This document shows, one piece after another, positions 58,722-64,000 of a stretch of 64,000 nucleotides of DNA. The stretch is taken from assembly GCA_028715985.1 (NCBI GenBank), contig JAQUQR010000002.1, positions 19,718 through 83,717 on the forward strand, in the 5' to 3' direction. How positions within the stretch are numbered: position 1 is the first letter of the stretch; every line of letters starts with the position of its first letter. The stretch comes from Methanocellales archaeon (GTDB taxonomy: Archaea > Halobacteriota > UBA148). Both the position numbers and the translations under genes were made by a program. Under the pieces are notes generated by a model that saw only the letters and a list, made by a program, of their open reading frames with translations, was not told the DNA's origin and searched no databases.

Positions 58722-59288
58722 CTAGCCCCTGTATTCAATCTCCAGTGGCTTCGGTGGCAAGGGGAACAGGCTCTTGAACTTTTCTGGGTCTTCTGCCGCC
58801 TCTTTTAGTCGCTTTTTTGTCAGGTCTAGAAAATCTTCGAGGTATAACTTTTCTGTGGCCTTCTTTACATCCCTCGCCAAGTCCCTTATTTCGTCAATAT
58901 CTTCTGCCAGTTTCTTATAGTTACAAGCGCTTTCAACCTTACAATGATGTTTGATTTTGTTTAACAAAGCTAGATATTTATTGACTTCGTCTCTATCCAA
59001 GGACCTCAACTGTGCTTCAAATGACTCTTTAAGTTCTTCTGTCTTGGTTTCAAGAGAGACAAATATCGGTTTTATTCCCTCCCTCGTAGGAAATATCAAA
59101 GGAAAGTTCTCCAGATACGCAGAATACGCAAGGTCTAAGCTCTCTAAAGCATCTCTGCTGTAGAAGACTTTTTTGTCTCGATCCGTAGAGTTCTGGCACA
59201 TGGAACAGTATCTCTCAAACCTCTCTATCGCGTTATAAAACTCTATCAAGCCCTTAAAGGGCGTTTCTGTCGTTACCTCAAGTGTCAT
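58722..59288 (-). CDS. Coiled-coil hypothetical protein, translationally coupled to the HMGL-like gene
   Basis: ATG 59288 is preceded by GAGGGG. A GTG at 59297 overlaps the upstream TAG. About 188 aa, rich in E/K/L. Confidence 0.5.
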   Translation of the reverse strand: MTLEVTTETPFKGLIEFYNAIERFERYCSMCQNSTDRDKKVFYSRDALESLDLAYSAYLENFPLIFPTREGIKPIFVSLETKTEELKESFEAQLRSLDRDEVNKYLALLNKIKHHCKVESACNYKKLAEDIDEIRDLARDVKKATEKLYLEDFLDLTKKRLKEAAEDPEKFKSLFPLPPKPLEIEYRG

Positions 59289-59296
59289 ACCCCTCA

Positions 59297-60565
59297 CTAC
59301 TCTTCTTTTTTGGAGATGTCTTTTTCGACGATGCTCTCCAGTAGGAAGTACTTCTCAGCATAAGCCCTCAACTCCTCATCTGAGATGCATGAAACCCTGC
59401 TTTCATCATCATATAATTTTTGAATGTCGCTTTTGATGCTTTGTATGCGAGGATCGTTTTTATCTATGGACAAATCCAGATGCATTAATTCCCTCAACGT
59501 CTCCTCTACCTTGTAGCGTATTACTTCATTCCCGGAGGAATCCCCTATCATCAGCTGCCGTTTCCCGCCGACGAGTTCTGGAGGAAATGGCTCATATGTA
59601 AATGGATTTTTGATGATCCCTGCGGTGTGAATCCCACTCTCATGGGCGAATACGTTTTTTCCAACGATGGCTTTGTTCCTTGGCACCCTTATCCCTATTT
59701 CATTTTCCATGTACTCTGCAAATTTGACAAGGCTCGCAGGGTTATATTTTTGAAAACCCCCCACCCTGCATATCAAAAAAATCAACAGCTTCTCAATCTC
59801 AGTGTTGCCAGCCCTCTCGCCAATTCCCAGAAAAGTCAAGTTCGACCAATTAGCGCCATACCAATACCCTGCCAAAGTATTGGTCAATCCAAGCCCGAAA
59901 TCATCGTGAACATGGGTCTCTATGTCTTTGGCGCCTAGGTCCTTAAGCAGTTTGATCATTTTTGGGATGCCGTAGGGGAGGTCTACTTCAGGAAAAGGCA
60001 GCCCATAATTCAACGTGTCACAAACCCTTATAAGCGCATCTGGTGCTATCTCCAATATCTTCTTAACAAATGGAGTGACAAATCCATCGAAATCCGCTCT
60101 GGTTATATCCTCAAGATGACATCTCACTCTCAAACCATGATCAATCGCATATTGCAAAGCGTTAAGATACTTTTTCTCAGCTTCCTCTCTGCTGTTAAGA
60201 CCCATCTTGTCAAATATGTGTACATCAGAGACTGACATCAATATACCTGTCTCTTCTATGCCCTCCATGCTTATAATCAGGTCTATATCTTTTGGAACCG
60301 CCCTTGCCCATCCGGTAACCTCCGGGAGATCATACCCCCTGTCCAGCATATCCCTTACTGCACTTCTGTCACGCTCATTGTACAGGAATACCTCCACCTT
60401 CTCTATCCCGATATCATGCAAGTAATCGTATATACACAATTTATGGGACTTTTTAAGCACGATACCAGGCATCTGGGCCCCATCCCTTAGCGTGCTGTCA
60501 GAGACCTTAATCTCTTGACCCAATGGCAGTTTTATCTTGGGCATATCCTCATATGTTCGATACAT
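59297..60565 (-). CDS. HMGL-like (DRE-TIM metallolyase) enzyme of the isopropylmalate/homocitrate/citramalate synthase superfamily; specificity unknown
   Basis: SDSTLRDGAQ (versus the usual TLRDGEQ), HVHDDFGLGLTN, and GIGERAGN. It lacks a LeuA-type regulatory domain. Confidence 0.65.
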   Translation of the reverse strand: MYRTYEDMPKIKLPLGQEIKVSDSTLRDGAQMPGIVLKKSHKLCIYDYLHDIGIEKVEVFLYNERDRSAVRDMLDRGYDLPEVTGWARAVPKDIDLIISMEGIEETGILMSVSDVHIFDKMGLNSREEAEKKYLNALQYAIDHGLRVRCHLEDITRADFDGFVTPFVKKILEIAPDALIRVCDTLNYGLPFPEVDLPYGIPKMIKLLKDLGAKDIETHVHDDFGLGLTNTLAGYWYGANWSNLTFLGIGERAGNTEIEKLLIFLICRVGGFQKYNPASLVKFAEYMENEIGIRVPRNKAIVGKNVFAHESGIHTAGIIKNPFTYEPFPPELVGGKRQLMIGDSSGNEVIRYKVEETLRELMHLDLSIDKNDPRIQSIKSDIQKLYDDESRVSCISDEELRAYAEKYFLLESIVEKDISKKEE

Positions 60566-60629
60566 CGCTTCTATAATCCATGGGAATACACATAAAGTTA
60601 ACTAAGGGCAGTGCCCATACCATGCCACC

Positions 60630-61172
60630 ATGAAAAAAATAGTGATCCTCCGACTAGGGCACAGAATAAATCGAGACCAACGGATGACCACACATGTTGC
60701 CCTAACTGCAAGAGCGCTTGGCGCTGATGGAATGCTGCTCGCTTCCAGCGACAAATCAATAGAGCAAAAAATAAGCGATGTAACCAAGCGATGGGGAGGA
60801 GAGTTCTATGTTCAAAGTGACGTAAAATGGAGAACAGAAATCAAAAAATGGAAAGAAGGCGGTGGGAAGGTTTGTCACTTGACCATGTATGGTATTAACT
60901 TAGGGGAGGAGATCGATGCCATTCGCGATGCAGAAAATCTCATGGTTATCGTTGGGGCGGAGAAAGTTCCAGCCGAGGTTTTTAACATGGCAGACTGGAA
61001 TATCGCAATAACCAATCAACCACACTCGGAGGTGGCTGCCTTGGCGATTTTCATGGATCACCTGCAGAAAGGGGAAGAGCTCAGAAAAGAGTTTAAAGGC
61101 GGAAGGCTCCAAATCGTAGCAAGAAGAGTGGGCAAAGAGGTCAAGGGAATCAAAAATTTAAAGACTCTGTAA
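60630..61172 (+). CDS. trm56: tRNA (cytidine56-2'-O)-methyltransferase aTrm56
   Basis: VILRLGHRINRDQRMTTHVALTARALGADG and a SPOUT C-terminus. Confidence 0.85.
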   Translation: MKKIVILRLGHRINRDQRMTTHVALTARALGADGMLLASSDKSIEQKISDVTKRWGGEFYVQSDVKWRTEIKKWKEGGGKVCHLTMYGINLGEEIDAIRDAENLMVIVGAEKVPAEVFNMADWNIAITNQPHSEVAALAIFMDHLQKGEELRKEFKGGRLQIVARRVGKEVKGIKNLKTL

Positions 61173-61184
61173 AACAAATATGTT

Positions 61185-61688
61185 ATGATAAATTTGCTAA
61201 CACCAAACAATGTCATTATTGGATTTTTAAACCAACTGATAGGGGAAGAAGGCATTAGGGTTATCACAAATCTCCCCGAAGGTGAGGTAACCGACGAGAA
61301 GATCGCAGAGATTACAGGAGTGGAGATACAGATCGTTCGGCGAACATTATACATCTTGTATGAATCTCGCTTGGCCATATACAGAAGAGAGAGAAATAAG
61401 GAGAGCGGATGGCTAACCTATTTATGGAAAGTAGATTTACATGAAATCGATGTGGTCCTAGAAGTCGAAATGAGAAAATTATACGTCAATCTCCAAAAAC
61501 GCTTGGAGTTTGAAAGAAATAACGTTTTTTATATTTGTGACGAGGGACATAGGGCTTTGTTTGATTCGGCAACTGAGGAAAATTTTAGGTGCCTAAATTG
61601 TGGAAAAGTTCTCAGATATCAAGACAATGGTGAACTCATAAATGCTCTTGAGGAAAGGATTGGGAAAATACAGGCTGTTTTAGGATGA
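61185..61688 (+). CDS. tfe: Transcription factor E (TFE alpha)
   Basis: A winged helix (EKIAEITGVEIQIVRRTLYILYE...GWLTYLW) plus a zinc ribbon (CDEGH...CLNCG). Confidence 0.85.
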   Translation: MINLLTPNNVIIGFLNQLIGEEGIRVITNLPEGEVTDEKIAEITGVEIQIVRRTLYILYESRLAIYRRERNKESGWLTYLWKVDLHEIDVVLEVEMRKLYVNLQKRLEFERNNVFYICDEGHRALFDSATEENFRCLNCGKVLRYQDNGELINALEERIGKIQAVLG

Positions 61689-62218
61689 CACGGATGAATA
61701 CAAAAAGCACAATTGATCTGTTGAGGGAGGTAAACTGCCCCCAAAGCGTGATTGATCACTGTATCGCAGTCGCGGAACTTGCGAGCAAGATGGCGGAACA
61801 TTGCGATGCAGATAAAGAGATCGTACTCATTGGTGCTTTACTTCATGACATTGGATACGCCAGATCGAATGGCATCAAGCATGCATTGGTTGGCGCTGAG
61901 ATCGCAAGGGAGTTGAGTCTTGATGGCCGCATCGTAGACATAATTGAACGCCACATTGGGGCAGGAATACCAAGTGATGAAGCAGATGCACTGGGCTTAC
62001 CCAAAAAAGATTATATGCCAAAAAGGCTTGAGGAAAAGATTGTTGCACATGCAGACAATCTGATTCAACATACAACACAAATCACGATCGATGAGGCTAT
62101 CTCAGTTTTGCAGCGCAAATTAGGAAAAGATCATCCAGCCATTGAAAGAGTGAAGCGACTTCATGCCGAGTTGGAAGAGATATGTGGATTAAGAGACCTA
62201 TTGGCAAGTGATAATTAG
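61685..62218 (+). CDS. HD-domain phosphohydrolase (TIGR00295-like)
   Basis: HCIAVAELA...ALLHDIGY...HIGAGI...HADNL. Confidence 0.75.
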   Translation: MTRMNTKSTIDLLREVNCPQSVIDHCIAVAELASKMAEHCDADKEIVLIGALLHDIGYARSNGIKHALVGAEIARELSLDGRIVDIIERHIGAGIPSDEADALGLPKKDYMPKRLEEKIVAHADNLIQHTTQITIDEAISVLQRKLGKDHPAIERVKRLHAELEEICGLRDLLASDN

Positions 62219-62321
62219 CCTATTTTAAAGAAAGCCCAGAAATTTGATTATATAGGAACTATATTTGATGAGCTATTGATTTATTACTCAATAATAAGAA
62301 GATATATAATTGGTAATTCCA

Positions 62322-62658
62322 ATGGTAGCAGATCCAGCATGGTTTCCTTCGGCTGCAATGCAAACTGTAGGTGCGATGTATGCGATATTCGTCGCCGTCT
62401 ATGTTTTATTTATACAAAGAGGACAAGAGTTGGGGAAGAGGATATCCAAAGCCTCAGTTAAACTTTTTTTATTTTTTATCGTGTTTAGTTTTAATTACAA
62501 TTTGTATAAATGCACTTGTTCTTTGGGATCTCTGTGTAGATGACCCTGTGGATATGCAAATCCTTTATATACCGGGTGTTTTCACATTTTTGCTCTCAAT
62601 TACATACCTCATTGGTTTTACCATGCGTTTGTGCAAAACTATTACAAAAGCAAAGTAA
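62322..62658 (+). pseudogene. Small 3-TM membrane protein split by a +1 frameshift in a T7 run (62464-62470)
   Basis: Frame 3 reads MVADPAWFPSAAMQTVGAMYAIFVAVYVLFIQRGQELGKRISKASVKLF. Frame 1 then continues FYFLSCLVLITICINALVLW...ILYIPGVFTFLLSITYLIGFTM to the stop at 62656-62658. Confidence 0.5.
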
Positions 62659-62828
62659 TGACAGTAAAAGAATAACCCATCTTCTTGCATTGAATTTAAC
62701 TAAATAGCGACACTAATAATCAGTAATCCCAAAGATCAAATCCCACAAAATCTAGTAAGAATCTTTTATAGGGTAACTTGCATATGAATAGTCATAAACC
62801 CTTCATAATTAAAGGGAGGGTAAGGACA

Positions 62829-63119
62829 ATGGCAGAGCTTAAAAAATGCAAAACGTGTGGAAAGGAAGTATCCAAAACAGCTCCCTTGTGCCCTCACTGC
62901 GGAGAGAGCTTACCAGGGCTACATATAAAGTGTCCGATTTGTGGCTCTATGAGCATCTCGATTGGTCAAAAAGGATTTAGCCTTGGCAAGGCTGCTGCAG
63001 GAGGAATCCTGCTGGGGCCCGTGGGGTTATTGGGGGGCCTGATCGGCAGGAAAAAAATAGAAATCATATGCCAAGAATGTGAATATAAGTGGGCATCAAG
63101 TCTAAAAGATTTCGCATAG
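62829..63119 (+). CDS. Zinc-ribbon protein with a central Gly-rich hydrophobic segment
   Basis: Three CxxC pairs plus one CxxxC (CKTCG, CPHCG, CPICG, CQECEYKW). A GGGAGGG RBS lies before ATG 62829. Confidence 0.55.
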   Translation: MAELKKCKTCGKEVSKTAPLCPHCGESLPGLHIKCPICGSMSISIGQKGFSLGKAAAGGILLGPVGLLGGLIGRKKIEIICQECEYKWASSLKDFA

Positions 63120-63223
63120 CTCCACCTTTTGATGGCGTCTGGCAGAAGATAGGGTACCACAGCCCTAGCGAAAGTTCCAGTCGGAGAATGATTTTTTATT
63201 GCTAGGAACCAAATAGAACTTCA

Positions 63224-63817
63224 ATGAAGATTGGAAAAAGGGTTCTAACACTGCTTTGTTGCATTTGGATATTGGTAGTTCTCTACCCAAATCCTGCTTT
63301 AGTACCACTAAATGTTTATAGAGTGTGGAATCCACCTTTGGATCCAATAGCTGTAAGAGATATTAGCAAACAACTACCAAACAATGCAATTTTGGTGGAT
63401 GAATTCATCAGCAGCGAACTCAAATATGATTATGATTGGAAAGTTTACAGCGTACCTTGGTACTTTCCAACTCCTGCAGAAGTATGGGAAAAAGGCGAAG
63501 GGGACTGTAAGGGCAGATCGATTCTCTTCGCCAGCATTTTGGAAGAAAAAGGTATTGATTACGAAATTCATTTTTCACCCATTCACTTCTGGGTCGACTA
63601 TGAGGGAAAGCAAATAGGGGCGTTTGAAGAAAAGTATGAGATGGGTCGACCGCACCCCTATGAAGAAATTTTGGAGAGATGGGCCGAATGCTTGTGGCAC
63701 CCGATGCCTCTTGGCAGAAAAATCCTGCTATTTGCAGGTCTAGCATGCATAATTTCAGCGAATAAGATCATTGCAATCGGTTTTTGGCTCAAAAAAAGAA
63801 AGCCGATTAAGTTATAA
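63224..63817 (+). CDS. Membrane-anchored transglutaminase-like (papain-fold) protein
   Basis: N- and C-terminal TM helices. The core GEGDCKGRSILFASILEEKGI...HFW resembles the transglutaminase-like Cys-His core. Confidence 0.5.
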   Translation: MKIGKRVLTLLCCIWILVVLYPNPALVPLNVYRVWNPPLDPIAVRDISKQLPNNAILVDEFISSELKYDYDWKVYSVPWYFPTPAEVWEKGEGDCKGRSILFASILEEKGIDYEIHFSPIHFWVDYEGKQIGAFEEKYEMGRPHPYEEILERWAECLWHPMPLGRKILLFAGLACIISANKIIAIGFWLKKRKPIKL

Positions 63818-64000
63818 GTGAGAGAGAAGTATTAGAGGAGTGGATATTGCATAAATGAATCTAATCTAAGCCAAGATATCAAAATACCTTCCTATCAAGA
63901 GAAATACAAGAGAGCGTAAATTTGAAAAGAGTTATTCCAATATTAAAGCTCCTGATAAACATAGATCGTTTAAATTTCAACAAAAAAAGCCCTTCCAAAC

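Noticed and set aside
63818-64000. A possible minus-strand gene end at the right edge (...LEGLFLLKFKRSMFIRSFNIGITLFKFTLSCISLDRKVF*)
   Set aside because: It is too short and too low in information to distinguish from chance in AT-rich sequence.

Overview
This is an archaeal chromosomal segment. The evidence is GatD/GatE, chromatin proteins MC1 and Alba, TFE, Rpo4/F, L21e, aTrm56, Pus10, Thg1, archaeal-type riboflavin synthase, and tRNA introns that fold into bulge-helix-bulge (BHB) motifs. MC1, MetF and a membrane H+-PPase suggest a Methanosarcinales/Methanomicrobia-like euryarchaeon, but no methanogenesis genes are present to confirm this. I call about 70 protein genes, mostly housekeeping. 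They include: an AcnX + UbiD-like + UbiX module of the archaeal mevalonate pathway; ribC-ribH; gatD-gatE-argH; purM-lysC; purA; hom; metF; elp3; hppA; and the conserved pus10-L21e-rpoF-DUF655-ksgA-hemK-like string. There are five tRNA genes. Three carry introns: Ile(GAU) has a non-canonical 20-nt intron in the D-arm, Glu(UUC) has a canonical 31-nt intron, and Lys(CUU) has an unusually long 110-nt canonical intron. I found no rRNA, CRISPR array, transposase or integrase. Several genes are disrupted: a beta-helix surface protein (3 frameshifts), htpX (an in-frame TAA plus a frameshift), a DsrE-like gene whose two ends flank an intact CGGC-domain gene, and a small membrane protein (a T-run frameshift). 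lysC contains a 98-bp repeat, 97/98 identical, linking its two ACT domains. I cannot demonstrate a clear multi-gene novel system from sequence alone. The best candidates for accessory or undescribed biology are four: a standalone HEPN-motif protein (57635-58648) behind a 455-nt AT-rich leader; an AT-rich islet (about 26.3-30.2 kb) of small unknown genes; a divergent HMGL-like enzyme coupled to an unknown coiled-coil protein; and an overlapping TraB-family/site-2-protease pair. All functional calls rest on my recognition of motifs in the translations. No database search was run.
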